NCBI GenBank assembly: GCA_965226885.1
Contig: CBDDEL010000016.1
Span: forward strand, 864,001-928,000
Reading direction: 5' to 3'
Origin: Opitutales bacterium
GTDB lineage: Bacteria > Verrucomicrobiota > Verrucomicrobiia > Opitutales > UBA2987
DNA length: 64,000 bases
Positions 10,214-20,797 of the stretch are shown in pieces. The notes under the pieces were generated by a model that worked only from the letters and a program-made list of their open reading frames with translations, was not told the DNA's origin and did no database searches. Numbering within the stretch: position 1 is the stretch's first letter; each line of letters opens with the position of its first letter. The translations under genes and the position numbers were made by a program.

Positions 10214-13200
10214 TCAGCGCGAAACCCGCAAACGTGCCATAAGGTTGGTGTTCGTCCCGATCGGTATCCTGGCCTCGACGATCTCCATCGCCGGAAGGTC
10301 TTGCAGGATTTCTTCAATCACGCCTGTTTCCGACCAGTTGACGCCATCCACGGACCATTCGACCACTCCAGTTATTCCGGGGGCTGTTTTCATTCTTTGG
10401 TACACAAAACGCAAAAATTCGGTATCTGCGGATAAATTAAAGGTGTTTTCGCCTACCAGATCCCTCACATTCGGGTCCAGCCCCATGAAGGCTTCCACCA
10501 GGTTGGGCAGAAAATCATGGTCTGGATCGGCCCGGTCACCCCAAAGGGTGGCTTCCTTTCCACCATCGGCCAGATCCGTCGAACTAAAAACAAGGGCGCG
10601 CCAATCCTCAATTGTTGTCGGATAAACGATCACCAACTGGTCTAGCCAACCCGCATCCTCGCCGATGTTGTATAAAAAGTCCTTTTCATAAGACCATTTC
10701 AAAGTATGTGTTCCCGCGTCCAGATTAATGATCCGCTGGCTCCAATCCTGCTCCCCGTTTATGGTTAAGAGAAGCGCTCTTTCAAGCTCTCCTTCATTGA
10801 GGTAAAACTTGAGTAAGTCGAAAAAGGCTTCGGAAGACACCTTCCACCAGAATGAGACCGTTGCCGGGCCGGAAACCGTTGTTTGGATGGCGGAGTGGCT
10901 ACTCCGCGTAGTCGGGCCCGATTGCAGGGCGTCCTGCCCGTCATTAGTGAAAGTGGACTGCACAAACCAGGAGGTTTCCTCAAGGCTCCACACGAGATTA
11001 ATACTTCCATTTTCCAAAGCGCCATTGTAAATGGCATCCACATCGACGATTTGCAGTTCGTCCACCCAAACAGCGTCTTCATGTCCGAAAACAGAAAAGT
11101 CTTTCTCATAAATCCAGCGGACATTGTGGGAACCCCCCGGAACCCGCAGCAATTGCCGATGCCAGTCCCTATTTCCGGCGATGGCCGCCTGGGGATCATT
11201 GTCGATCGCAATTGTCAGAAAATCGTAATAAGTTTCCGTGGACGATTTCCACCAAAAAGCCAGGTCCACCGGACCGGTGACCGAAAAGGAAAACTCGGAC
11301 AATTCCAAGTCATCAAGATGCCCGCTTTGCAGGGCGTCCACACCATCATGCTGCACAATGGACTGGGGAAACCAGAAGGCGCTTCCCGCTTCATTCCAGT
11401 TTTGTTCGGAATAATCGAGGGCTTCGCCGATGGGGTCGTCGCCGAATACATCGACAACCGCCTCAAGGCTTGTGTCCATTCCAAAATCATTGGACACGAC
11501 CACGCGGTAGCGGCCCGCATTGCTTTTGGTCACCGATGCGATAAATAAGGTTGCCCCGGTCTCTCCGTCAATTGGCGTCTGGTCCTTCTCCCATTGAAAC
11601 TGCAAGGTGGCATTCCCAAATGATTCCACAAGAAGGTTGAGCGCATCTCCCTCCAGCAAGCTGACCGATACCGGGTGATTAAAAATAAAAGGCTCCTCAA
11701 TATTGGCCGAAACATATTGCACATCGTCCACCCAACCCCGGTCTTCCTCATCGAATAACAAAAAGTCTTTGCTATAATTCCATTCCAGGGTCTGTGTACC
11801 GGCGGGAATTTCTACCATAACCTCCTTCCAGTCCTCCTCGCCTGATATGAAGTCGATGAGCTGCCCGCCGATAAAAAAGAGGAGGAAATCGAAATTGGCC
11901 TCCGAGGAAATCTTCCACCAAAAATTAATGATTCCGGGACCCTTGACGGTAGATTGCAAGCGGCTCTGTTCTTCGTCACCGATAGTGCCGCTCGCCAGTG
12001 AATCGTCATCCAAATGGCCGCGCCCGGTGCCGCTGTCCACAAACCAATTGGCATCGCCGGAAGTGATAAAAGATAGCCCCCCGCCATCCACAGCAGCGCT
12101 ATAAGCGGGATTGGTAATGCCAATTTCCAAATCCCCGGTGTTGGTCGTCTCACCGGCGGCGTTACCCACAATTACCTGGTACTGGCCAGCGTCCGATGGC
12201 CCAACATTGCTCAAAACCAGGGAACTGCCAGTCTGTCCGGAGATTGTAACTCCATCCTTTAACCATCGATAGGTGAGGACTCCCCCACCCTCCGCCTGCA
12301 CCGACAGGGTAACCGGCGAACCCTCGCCCACAATGGGGTTCCCAATCCCCCGGGTAATTTCAGGATACCGCAATACGGTTCCCAGCGACAGCGAACCGGC
12401 CAGGTTGGCCCGGCGGCCGGTGCGAGTTTTTCCTTGATAAACGCTCACCGCCTCCGCCCCTCCGTAAAGCCTGTCGATAAGCGTGATATAGTCTTCCCCC
12501 TGAAACTGAGCCATTAGAACCGCCAGCAATCCACTGACATGGGGGCAAGCCATGGAGGTGCCGCTGAGCGTGGCATAGGCGCTGTCGCTACCGTTCCCCA
12601 GGGAGAGGATGGAAGAACCGGGAGCGGCAATATCTACGCTGCTTTCGCCAAAATTTGAAAAAGTAGAGAGGCCGTCATTGCGTGTCATGCTGGTTACGGA
12701 AACAATATTATCACGGGTGTAGCTAGTGGGGTAGGATGGGATATTGTCATTGTCGGCGCCATCGGTTCCAGGGACGGCATCGTTTCCGGCCGCCGCAACG
12801 AAGATGATACCTTCCGCCTGGGCCCGGCCTATGGCGTCGTCCAAGGATTGGGAAAAACCGCTCCCGCCCCAACTGTTGCTTAGAATGTCCGCCTCCATTG
12901 CAATGGCATAATTGATGCATTCAATGGCACCGGAAACAAATCCACTGCCCTCAGAGTCGAGAAATTTTAGAGCCATGATCTGCACATCCCAAGCCACACC
13001 TGTCACCCCCACGCCATTGTTTCCCACCGCCCCGATGGTGCCCGAAACATGGGTGCCGTGCCCAACGACATCGTCGTCTAAAGGATCCCCCGAACCGGTG
13101 ATGGCATTGATCCCGAAAATGTCGTCAATGTAGTCGTTGCCGTCGTCGTCGACCCCCTGCAATCCATCCCGTTCAACAGTATTTTCCCACATATTGGCCT

Positions 13201-14032
13201 GCAAATCCTGGTGGGTGTAGCGAGCGCCCGTGTCGATCACTGCGACAATCACATTGGAAGCATCGTGGCGAATATCCCAGCCTTCCGGGGCATCCATATC
13301 GGCATCGGGCTTGCCGCCGCTTTGGCCGATGTTGTGCAGGCCCCATTGTTCGTCAAAACGAGGATCATCGTCGGGAAAGGTGGTGTAGGCGTGAACAACG
13401 TAATCGGGCTCCGCATAAGCCACTGCCTCGGGCATTTTCTTCAACTTATCCAGAGCCAGATGCAATTTCTCGGGATCGATGTCGGGCAGTTCCATAAAAA
13501 ACAGGTTTTGACCGCTTGGGTGAGGTCTCAGGGAAGCGCCCAGGTTGCCGGTCAGGCGGGAAAGATTGCCTCCATCGAAGTCGGGATTCATTTTAATAAG
13601 CAAGTGATTGGCCGCCATCTCCCTGCGGGCAACGGTTTTTTCGGCTACAGGGCCGGCATCCCGCAAGACCTTTTCCTCAATCAGGACGGGATACGGAAGA
13701 TCGACGGGCTGCACCACAAACTGCCGCCACAAATACTTTTTCCCGTTCCCCGGCATCTCCTTTTCATTGGCCAGCAGAAGCTTCGCCCTGGGCCATCCAG
13801 TGGGCAGCAACAGCGGTTCAGGTTCAGTCTGCTTCGTAAGCCCAGAAACGGATGACGATTTTACGGCCGGAAATGGATTGCCCGGCTGGACATTCCGGAT
13901 CGACGGAGAAACCATGGGGGGAGGCTTTCCCTCCTTCCCGGAAAAAAAAGAATGCAGCCCCAGGCCCACCCCCAATATCGCAAGAGCGAAAAAGGCCGTT
14001 AACAAGGCCACTTGCCTCTTTTGAACTCTCAT
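10214..14032 (-). CDS. S8 subtilisin-like serine peptidase with Ig-like and repeated beta-sandwich domains
   Basis: Catalytic motifs VAVIDTG, GHGTHVSG and GTSMACPHV. Two Ig-like domains (YRWLKDG, FQWEKD) and three FWWKxSSE repeats. Confidence 0.92.
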   Translation of the reverse strand: MRVQKRQVALLTAFFALAILGVGLGLHSFFSGKEGKPPPMVSPSIRNVQPGNPFPAVKSSSVSGLTKQTEPEPLLLPTGWPRAKLLLANEKEMPGNGKKYLWRQFVVQPVDLPYPVLIEEKVLRDAGPVAEKTVARREMAANHLLIKMNPDFDGGNLSRLTGNLGASLRPHPSGQNLFFMELPDIDPEKLHLALDKLKKMPEAVAYAEPDYVVHAYTTFPDDDPRFDEQWGLHNIGQSGGKPDADMDAPEGWDIRHDASNVIVAVIDTGARYTHQDLQANMWENTVERDGLQGVDDDGNDYIDDIFGINAITGSGDPLDDDVVGHGTHVSGTIGAVGNNGVGVTGVAWDVQIMALKFLDSEGSGFVSGAIECINYAIAMEADILSNSWGGSGFSQSLDDAIGRAQAEGIIFVAAAGNDAVPGTDGADNDNIPSYPTSYTRDNIVSVTSMTRNDGLSTFSNFGESSVDIAAPGSSILSLGNGSDSAYATLSGTSMACPHVSGLLAVLMAQFQGEDYITLIDRLYGGAEAVSVYQGKTRTGRRANLAGSLSLGTVLRYPEITRGIGNPIVGEGSPVTLSVQAEGGGVLTYRWLKDGVTISGQTGSSLVLSNVGPSDAGQYQVIVGNAAGETTNTGDLEIGITNPAYSAAVDGGGLSFITSGDANWFVDSGTGRGHLDDDSLASGTIGDEEQSRLQSTVKGPGIINFWWKISSEANFDFLLFFIGGQLIDFISGEEDWKEVMVEIPAGTQTLEWNYSKDFLLFDEEDRGWVDDVQYVSANIEEPFIFNHPVSVSLLEGDALNLLVESFGNATLQFQWEKDQTPIDGETGATLFIASVTKSNAGRYRVVVSNDFGMDTSLEAVVDVFGDDPIGEALDYSEQNWNEAGSAFWFPQSIVQHDGVDALQSGHLDDLELSEFSFSVTGPVDLAFWWKSSTETYYDFLTIAIDNDPQAAIAGNRDWHRQLLRVPGGSHNVRWIYEKDFSVFGHEDAVWVDELQIVDVDAIYNGALENGSINLVWSLEETSWFVQSTFTNDGQDALQSGPTTRSSHSAIQTTVSGPATVSFWWKVSSEAFFDLLKFYLNEGELERALLLTINGEQDWSQRIINLDAGTHTLKWSYEKDFLYNIGEDAGWLDQLVIVYPTTIEDWRALVFSSTDLADGGKEATLWGDRADPDHDFLPNLVEAFMGLDPNVRDLVGENTFNLSADTEFLRFVYQRMKTAPGITGVVEWSVDGVNWSETGVIEEILQDLPAMEIVEARIPIGTNTNLMARLRVSR

Positions 14033-14287
14033 TTGTTAAGCGCTGGAAAATAGGATGGGGATTGTAAATTTATCGGACTGGAAGCATTTTAGCGATTCGC
14101 TTCACGGCCGGGCGAAACGGGTGTGTTGCAAATTTTTAATGGTACCACCAATGGCCTTCGGAGCCAAGCATATAATCTATGGAACGCTTTCATGGGCAAA
14201 CTCTTCGAGAGTAAAATTCACTCGACAAAAGGGGGGTTGGGAAAGTTTATCTTTCAACCTGCGGCGGTCGGAACTAATTAGAACCTA

Positions 14288-15374
14288 ATGCAAATGGTTG
14301 TTCATCACGAATTATTGAAAGAATTCATCTCTCGCGCATTAACCGCCTGCGGAGTGCCCGAAGCCGATGCCAAAACAGCCTCCGGGGTCCTCATAGCGAG
14401 CGATCTGCGGGGCATTGATTCCCATGGAGTTGCCCGCCTTCATTTTTATTTGGATAATATTCGCAACGGCCGAATCAATCCTAAACCAGAGATTCGGGTT
14501 ATCCGGGAAACAGCATCAACCGCCCTGGTAGATGGCGACGAAGGCCTCGGGTTGGTGGTCGGGCCGCATACCAATCGTATGGCCATGGAAAAGGCCGAAG
14601 CCTGCGGTTCGGGTTGGGTATCGGTGCGCAATTCCAATCATTACGGGATCGCCGGCTACTATCCCATGCAAGCCTTGGAGCGGGATATCATCGGGCTGGT
14701 CCATGACCAACGCCTCCGCCCTCGTAACGCCCATTGGAGGGGCCGAGAGGATGATCGGCACCAATCCCATCGCTATCGCTTTTCCAGGCAAAGAGGAACC
14801 ACCCATCGTCATAGACATGGCAACCTCCTCGGTAGCCTTTGGAAAAATTGAGATCGCCATACGAGAGGGAAAATCTATCAGCAGTGGCTGGGGTACCGAT
14901 AAAAATGGCCGGCCTACCCAAAACCCACAGGAAGTGGCGGATGGCGGCACCCTCCTCCCTCTGGGTTCGACTCCCGAACAAAGCGGCCACAAAGGCACCT
15001 GCCTGGCAGTTATGGTGGATATGCTGACCTCCGTCCTCTCGGGCGCAAACTGGGGCCCTTATGTGCGGCCCTTCGTATCTAAAAACCCGCCCCCCGAAAA
15101 ACAGGTGGGCAAGGGAACCGGCCACTTTTTCGGAGCCCTCCAGATCGAGGGTTTTATGGATGCGGAGCAATTTAAGAGAGAGGTCGATCAATGGATCCGG
15201 ACCATGCGCAAAACAAGAGCTTCGGAAGGCTCGGATGGAGTCCTTATTCCCGGCGATCCCGAACGCCGGGCGGAGGAGCAAAGAACCGCCGAGGGCATTC
15301 CCCTGCTGCCGCAAGTGATCGCCAACCTGAAAAAGGTAGCCGAGCAAACCGGAGTCCCCTTTCCTTGTCCGTAA
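14288..15374 (+). pseudogene. Ldh_2-family (malate/L-lactate/ureidoglycolate-type) dehydrogenase, frameshifted
   Basis: N-half (DLRGIDSHGV, NSNHYG) and C-half (GTNPIA, DMATS, GHKG, IPGDPE) are in different frames. One extra G in GGG at 14693-14695 explains the shift. This could be a real lesion or a sequencing error. Confidence 0.85.
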
Positions 15375-15392
15375 GCATCGGATGTCAAGTAT

Positions 15393-16421
15393 ATGAAACT
15401 AATGCTGAAACTTTTAAATCGCTCATTTCGTTTGCCTCTGATCACGCTTATCTGCCTTTCATTCGGCAGCCCGGAAACGATGCGGGGAGAAGAAAATTTT
15501 GGGCTCATCCTGCATGGCGGAGCGGGGACCATTACCAAGGCCACCATGACCCCGGAGTTGGATGCGAAATACCGGGGAAAATTGACCGAGGCTCTCAAAA
15601 AGGGCTACCGCATACTTAAAAAAGGCGGCACCAGCATCGACGCGGTGACGGCAGCTCTGGTTATTCTGGAAGATTCTCCCCTCTTCAACGCTGGCAAGGG
15701 TTCCGTCTTTACAAACTCCGGAATTAATGAGCTGGACGCCTCCATCATGGACGGGCAAACCTTGCAGGCAGGGGCAGTCTCGGGTGTCAAAACCGTCAAA
15801 AATCCGATTCTTCTGGCCAGGAAAGTGATGGAAAAATCCCCCCACGTACTTCTTTCGGGAGAAGGCGCCGCTTCCTTTGCCGAGGCCCAAGGTCTGCAAT
15901 TAGTGGATCCGGATTATTTTTTCACGGAAAAACGGTGGCAGTCCCTGCTAAAAATCAAGGCCAGGGAAGCGGATCGTAAACCTGCCCTCAAAAAAGCCAA
16001 AGAACACGGCACGGTTGGAGCGGCCGCTCTCGATAAAAATGGCCACCTGGCGGCTGGCACCTCAACCGGCGGAATGACCAACAAACGTTTCGGGCGGATT
16101 GGCGATTCACCACTCATCGGGGCCGGCTCCTATGCCGACAATAAAACCTGCGCCGTTTCCTCCACCGGGCATGGCGAATATTTTATACGCCTGGTGGCGG
16201 CCCACGACATCTCCGCCTTGATGGAATATAAGGGCCTCTCCTTGCAGGAAGCCGCCCAACAAGTGATTATGGAAAAGCTGACCGCCCTGGGCGGAACCGG
16301 CGGGGTAGTGGCCATCGATAAAGACGGCAACATGGCAATGCCCTTCAATACCGAGGGCATGTACCGGGGATGGGTCGAGCGGGATGGGAAAATAACGGTT
16401 AAAATTTACAGGGATGAATGA
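15393..16421 (+). CDS. iaaA: Isoaspartyl peptidase / plant-type L-asparaginase (Ntn hydrolase) with signal peptide
   Basis: Motifs LHGGAG, FNAGKGS, GTVGA autoproteolysis site, TSTGG, RIGDSP and TGHGE. Confidence 0.9.
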   Translation: MKLMLKLLNRSFRLPLITLICLSFGSPETMRGEENFGLILHGGAGTITKATMTPELDAKYRGKLTEALKKGYRILKKGGTSIDAVTAALVILEDSPLFNAGKGSVFTNSGINELDASIMDGQTLQAGAVSGVKTVKNPILLARKVMEKSPHVLLSGEGAASFAEAQGLQLVDPDYFFTEKRWQSLLKIKAREADRKPALKKAKEHGTVGAAALDKNGHLAAGTSTGGMTNKRFGRIGDSPLIGAGSYADNKTCAVSSTGHGEYFIRLVAAHDISALMEYKGLSLQEAAQQVIMEKLTALGGTGGVVAIDKDGNMAMPFNTEGMYRGWVERDGKITVKIYRDE

Positions 16422-16465
16422 CAACATGCGGCTAAACCCACATAATTCAGCAAAAAAAAATCGTT

Positions 16466-17065
16466 ATGACATGGATTAAGACAATCGAAAGCGATGAGGC
16501 CACAGGCCAGCTCAAATCGCTCTATGACCAGGTAAAAACTGCGGACGGCCAGATCGACAATATCCTGAAATCGCACAGCCTGCGGCCACGCACCCTGCAA
16601 GCCCATCTCACCCTTTACAAAGCGGCCATGCACAGCCGGCCCAATTCGCTTTCTCCGCGGGAGAGGGAACTGGTGGGCGTTTGCGTGTCCCAGTTAAACG
16701 GATGCGAGTATTGCGTAGAACATCATCGGACCGGCCTGGCTCGTCACGTGGGAAGCGAATCACTGGCCCTGGCCCTGGCTGAGGCAGTCATCGGAAATCC
16801 TTCCCAAGTTCAATTAACGGAACGGGAAACGGCCCTAACCTCTTATGCCGCCAAACTGACCCGCACTCCCGCCCAAATGACGGAGAAGGATATTGAGCAA
16901 CTGCGCAAGACCGGCCTAGACGATGCGGGCATTCTCGACCTCAATCAGATTGTCGCCTATTTTTCCTATGCCAACCGCACCGTGCTCGGTTTGGGGGTAT
17001 CCCTGCAGGACGAACCCTTGGGATTGCATCCGGACGAAAGGGAGGAAGGCTTCCAACACTCATAA
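16466..17065 (+). CDS. AhpD/CMD-family peroxidase-related protein
   Basis: Motif VSQLNGCEYCVEHH. Confidence 0.85.
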   Translation: MTWIKTIESDEATGQLKSLYDQVKTADGQIDNILKSHSLRPRTLQAHLTLYKAAMHSRPNSLSPRERELVGVCVSQLNGCEYCVEHHRTGLARHVGSESLALALAEAVIGNPSQVQLTERETALTSYAAKLTRTPAQMTEKDIEQLRKTGLDDAGILDLNQIVAYFSYANRTVLGLGVSLQDEPLGLHPDEREEGFQHS

Positions 17066-17108
17066 AGCAACCAATCCGCCGGAAATAGAAAAGTGCAGTC
17101 TGAAACTA

Positions 17109-17492
17109 TTATGAACCAACCAATTCCTTGGCCGTTGCGATGAGTTCAGCGACCTCGAAAGGTTTGAAAAAAGTATGCTTCACCCCGAGAAGACGAGCTG
17201 TATCAAGGTATGCTTTGGGGCCATGGCTGCCGCCCCCGGAGATGGCAATTATTTTTACACCGGGGTAATCTCTTTTTAATTCTATGATTGTTTCGATGCC
17301 TTCTTTTTCAGGCATAATGATGTCTGCAATAACCAAATCGGCCGGATTTTCCCGGTACATGCTGAGGGCTTCCAGACCGTTGATGGCCGTTTCAACCTCG
17401 AATCCATCGTCGCTGAGCATGCATTGCAGCATCTCCCGAAAGACAGGATCGTCATCAACAACTAAAATGCGCCCCTTAGTCGGATTTGTCAT
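17109..17492 (-). CDS. Single-domain response regulator (receiver)
   Basis: Motifs ILVVDDD, DIIMPEKEG, ISGG and KPF. Confidence 0.9.
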   Translation of the reverse strand: MTNPTKGRILVVDDDPVFREMLQCMLSDDGFEVETAINGLEALSMYRENPADLVIADIIMPEKEGIETIIELKRDYPGVKIIAISGGGSHGPKAYLDTARLLGVKHTFFKPFEVAELIATAKELVGS

Positions 17493-17544
17493 AATTCTTA
17501 TACATTCGTTCTAATCATCCTTTTCTTAATTCTTAAATTAATCC

Positions 17545-18456
17545 ATGCCTCCGGAAATTTCAAACAAATACTTGCCAAATATCGAATTCGCCATCTTCGA
17601 TGTGGATAATGTTATCATCGATACCATCGATGCGGCGGAAAAGGCCCAGTGGGCTCTGGGGGAAGCCTTGACCCATTTCTTGGACGCGGATTCGGCCAAA
17701 CGAGTGGAGAATCGCTTCGTTTTCCACTACAACACCCTGGCCGAGCAGGCCAAAGCAGGTGCGGGAGTCATCGAAAAAAATTTTACAACCCTCCTGGGCC
17801 GCATCAAAGCCTGGCAACAAGGCGTATTGGGGGATGGCTGGGAATTAAAATTGTGGTCCCGCGAAGTCCTCCTGGCCATCGCTCTGGAGCAATCAGACAT
17901 CCCTGTCGGAAAAGCATTGATCGAAGACTGCCTGCAACCCTACTGGACCGCCCTGACCAAGGAATCCAAGATAAGACCGGACGCCGTGGAAACCATCGAG
18001 CGCTGTCGCCAATCGGGCATCGCCATACATCTGGCCACCGCCAGCGATGGTTTTCTCGATTTCAACGACAAGGAAAAGACCTTTTTCTATCATCCGCCGA
18101 CGGCCGTCAGGCGCAAACTGGATCGTATGAAAATTCTCCAAAAACTCGGCCTGAGAGACTCGGACGTGAGCGTCGGCGATCCCATCGGGAAACCGGATGA
18201 GCGATTTTTCAGCCAGGTCTTGCTAGATTTTGAAATAAAACTGGGCCGTAAAATCGATTTGGGGCGAACCCTGGCGATTGGAGATAATGTCAGCGATGAC
18301 GTCCTGCCGCTTCTAAAACTAGGCGTGGCCCGAGGCGCTTGGCTGGCGGTCCATGCCAACATCAAGGGTAAACCGATACTTTTAGACAATAACCGACGCG
18401 TCGACGTGGTCAACTCATTGACGAAACTGGAAAATATCCCCTGGACAACGCAATAG
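17545..18456 (+). CDS. HAD-superfamily hydrolase
   Basis: Motifs FDVDNVIIDT, LATA, GKP and IGDNVSDD. Confidence 0.8.
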   Translation: MPPEISNKYLPNIEFAIFDVDNVIIDTIDAAEKAQWALGEALTHFLDADSAKRVENRFVFHYNTLAEQAKAGAGVIEKNFTTLLGRIKAWQQGVLGDGWELKLWSREVLLAIALEQSDIPVGKALIEDCLQPYWTALTKESKIRPDAVETIERCRQSGIAIHLATASDGFLDFNDKEKTFFYHPPTAVRRKLDRMKILQKLGLRDSDVSVGDPIGKPDERFFSQVLLDFEIKLGRKIDLGRTLAIGDNVSDDVLPLLKLGVARGAWLAVHANIKGKPILLDNNRRVDVVNSLTKLENIPWTTQ

Positions 18457-18573
18457 CCCGAAATCTGCTTTTACCATTGCAAAAAAAATTTAGGCGCACA
18501 TTTTCACTTCGCTTTTGAGAAAAAAATTTCTTTGATTTTCACATCGAATGTTAACCGGAAGCAGTAAGTTTAT

Positions 18574-19539
18574 ATGAAGCGCAAATTATTGATTGATACG
18601 GATACGGCTTCGGACGACGCAGTAGCTCTGTTGCTGGCCTTGCGCCATCCCGAGGTGGAGGTGGTCGCCATTACGGTTGTGAGCGGCAACGTCACGCTGG
18701 CCCAGGGCGTGGCAAACGCCCTCGTAACGGCAGAATTATGCGGTTCCGATGTTCCCGTTTATGCGGGCGCGGACAAACCTCTGTTGCGTGAAGCCGAATA
18801 TGCCGAATGGTTCCACGGCCAGGACGGCATGGGCGATCAATTTTATCCTCCCCCAAAACGGCAGCCGGAATCAAAACACGCCGTCGATGCCATAATCGAT
18901 ATCCTGGCCCAAGAATCGGATGTCGAAGTGGTCACTCTGGGCCCGTTGACTAACCTGGCCCTCGCCCTGCAAAAGAGGCCGTCGCTCGCCGAGAGGGTTA
19001 AAAAATGCTGCATCATGGGTGGCGCGCCCTGCACGGTGGGAAACGTCACCCCGGCGGCGGAGTTCAATATCTGGGTAGATCCAGAGGCGGCCCAGATTGT
19101 TTTCCGATCCGGAATGCCCATTGAGATGGTCGGCTGGCAACTCTGCCGCGGAGAGGCCAATCTAGGAACGGACGACATAGATCTGGTGAGAAGTTTCAAC
19201 ACCCCCTACGGCCATTTTGCAATCGACTGCAATCGCACCGCCATGGAAGCCAACCGCACTCAGTCGGGAGAAATCGGCATTCCCCTGCCCGATCCCACAA
19301 CCATGGGCATCGCGCTCGATCCCACACTCTGCACTGAACGCAGCCAACATCGGGTGGAAATAGAAACCGAAGGCAAATTCACACGCGGCATGACCGTGGT
19401 GGACCAGCTCAACGTCGCCCACGACGAGCGCAACCAAGACCTCTGGCAGCCAAATGGATCAGGCAACCCCAACGTCACCATCTGCTGGAGCCTGGACATT
19501 CCGCGTTGGAAGGCCCTGCTCTTCCGCCTGCTCCGATAA
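18574..19539 (+). CDS. Inosine/uridine-preferring nucleoside hydrolase
   Basis: Motifs DTDTASDD, HGQDGMG, LGPLTNLA and AEFNIWVDPEAA. Confidence 0.92.
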   Translation: MKRKLLIDTDTASDDAVALLLALRHPEVEVVAITVVSGNVTLAQGVANALVTAELCGSDVPVYAGADKPLLREAEYAEWFHGQDGMGDQFYPPPKRQPESKHAVDAIIDILAQESDVEVVTLGPLTNLALALQKRPSLAERVKKCCIMGGAPCTVGNVTPAAEFNIWVDPEAAQIVFRSGMPIEMVGWQLCRGEANLGTDDIDLVRSFNTPYGHFAIDCNRTAMEANRTQSGEIGIPLPDPTTMGIALDPTLCTERSQHRVEIETEGKFTRGMTVVDQLNVAHDERNQDLWQPNGSGNPNVTICWSLDIPRWKALLFRLLR

Positions 19540-19620
19540 GCAAAGTAGTTAATGTTCATAATTCATATTCGGCCTTTGGAGATAAGCATGGGGTTCCCAT
19601 GTTGCCGTAAATACTCGGAG

Positions 19621-19645
19621 ATGTCTACTTATCCAGTACACATCA
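19621..19645 (+). mobile_element. Solitary IS3-like right inverted repeat remnant
   Basis: ATGTCTACTTATCCAGTACACATCA resembles the IRR of IS3 copies A/B (GTGTCCAACAAATCCAGTACACGTCA). Confidence 0.5.
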
Positions 19646-19693
19646 ACTTTTTTATCAGAAAATTAAATCCACTGATAATCAAGTGGTTAAAAG

Positions 19694-19770
19694 TGGTCGG
19701 GACGACTGGATTCGAACCAGCGGCATCTTGCTCCCAAAGCAAGCACTCTACCAGGCTGAGCTACGTCCCG
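19694..19770 (-). tRNA. tRNA-Pro (anticodon TGG)
   Basis: The minus strand reads CGGGACGTAGCTCAGCCTGGTAGAGTG-CTTGC-TTTGGGA-GCAAG-...GGTTCGAATCC...GTCCCGACCA. Confidence 0.96.
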
Positions 19771-19939
19771 CCATCTTGAAGACCAAACCCGGGTTTCCCC
19801 AGGTCCGGCTCAAATGAAGGCGATCTTTCTTTCCTAATTTTGCAGTCGGGTCAAGTTCTCTATTTCTTTCTTTATCTAAAACATATCTCTAATTAATGCG
19901 GCTTGCCCAAAACGAATATGGGCTTATTCTGTCTGTCTC

Positions 19940-20593
19940 ATGGTTGAGGAAGATTTAGATTTTGAAGTAGAATCCGACCCCGGCACCGACCCGCAGGAAA
20001 ACAATCCAAGGGAGTTGCAAAAATCCAAAATACCCGCCTGGCTGGGGTTTTTAGGTCTTATCCTCGGCGCCACCGGAATAATTCTGGCCTTGATGGCAAG
20101 GGGTGATTTGAGCGAATTTCGGGACGAGTTAGATTCCGGGCCAGATCCTTTGCCGGGATTGCAGGTCGAGTTGGACGCCCTCAAGGATAACCTCGCCGCC
20201 TTGGACCGGGATCTGGCAATAAGCAATTCCCGCCTCGAAACGATTGTAAATCAAACCCAGAGAGCTTTCGAAGATGTCATGCGGGAGGTAAAAGCGAACC
20301 GCGTAGAAATTAATAAAAATGGCAAATTGCTGGGAGAAATGGGTCAGCGAATCTTTTCTCTGGAAAATGAAAAAAGCGGTCCCGGCCCAATTAGGACTCA
20401 AAGCGCGGCTCCATCTGCGCCCTCGACCCCGGCCGAAAAACCCGCGGATGGCTACCACATCATTGAATCGGGGGATAGTTTTGACAAATTGGCCAAACAA
20501 TACGGCACCACCATCGAAGCGTTCATGAACAGCAATCCAGGGTTGGATCCCCGGCGGCTGCAAATCGGCCAGCAAGTTAAAATACCGGAATAA
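19940..20593 (+). CDS. Membrane-anchored coiled-coil LysM-domain protein
   Basis: N-terminal TM helix, coiled coil and C-terminal LysM (YHIIESGDSFDKLAKQYG...LQIGQQVKIP). Confidence 0.88.
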   Translation: MVEEDLDFEVESDPGTDPQENNPRELQKSKIPAWLGFLGLILGATGIILALMARGDLSEFRDELDSGPDPLPGLQVELDALKDNLAALDRDLAISNSRLETIVNQTQRAFEDVMREVKANRVEINKNGKLLGEMGQRIFSLENEKSGPGPIRTQSAAPSAPSTPAEKPADGYHIIESGDSFDKLAKQYGTTIEAFMNSNPGLDPRRLQIGQQVKIPE

Positions 20594-20797
20594 ATGTACT
20601 TTCCCGAAACTCAACTTTTTGGAAAAATGCCAGGTTTGAAAGGCAATGGGCCGGAAAAGCCGCCTGATCAAGCAGGGTATTTCAAGGGCTGATGTTCCCT
20701 TGACATTGGACCGGCCTTACCCTAGCTATTCATTCAGTCGCATACCTGCCGTTCTAATGACATAATTCGTTCTATAACAACATAACCGCTGTTTTTT

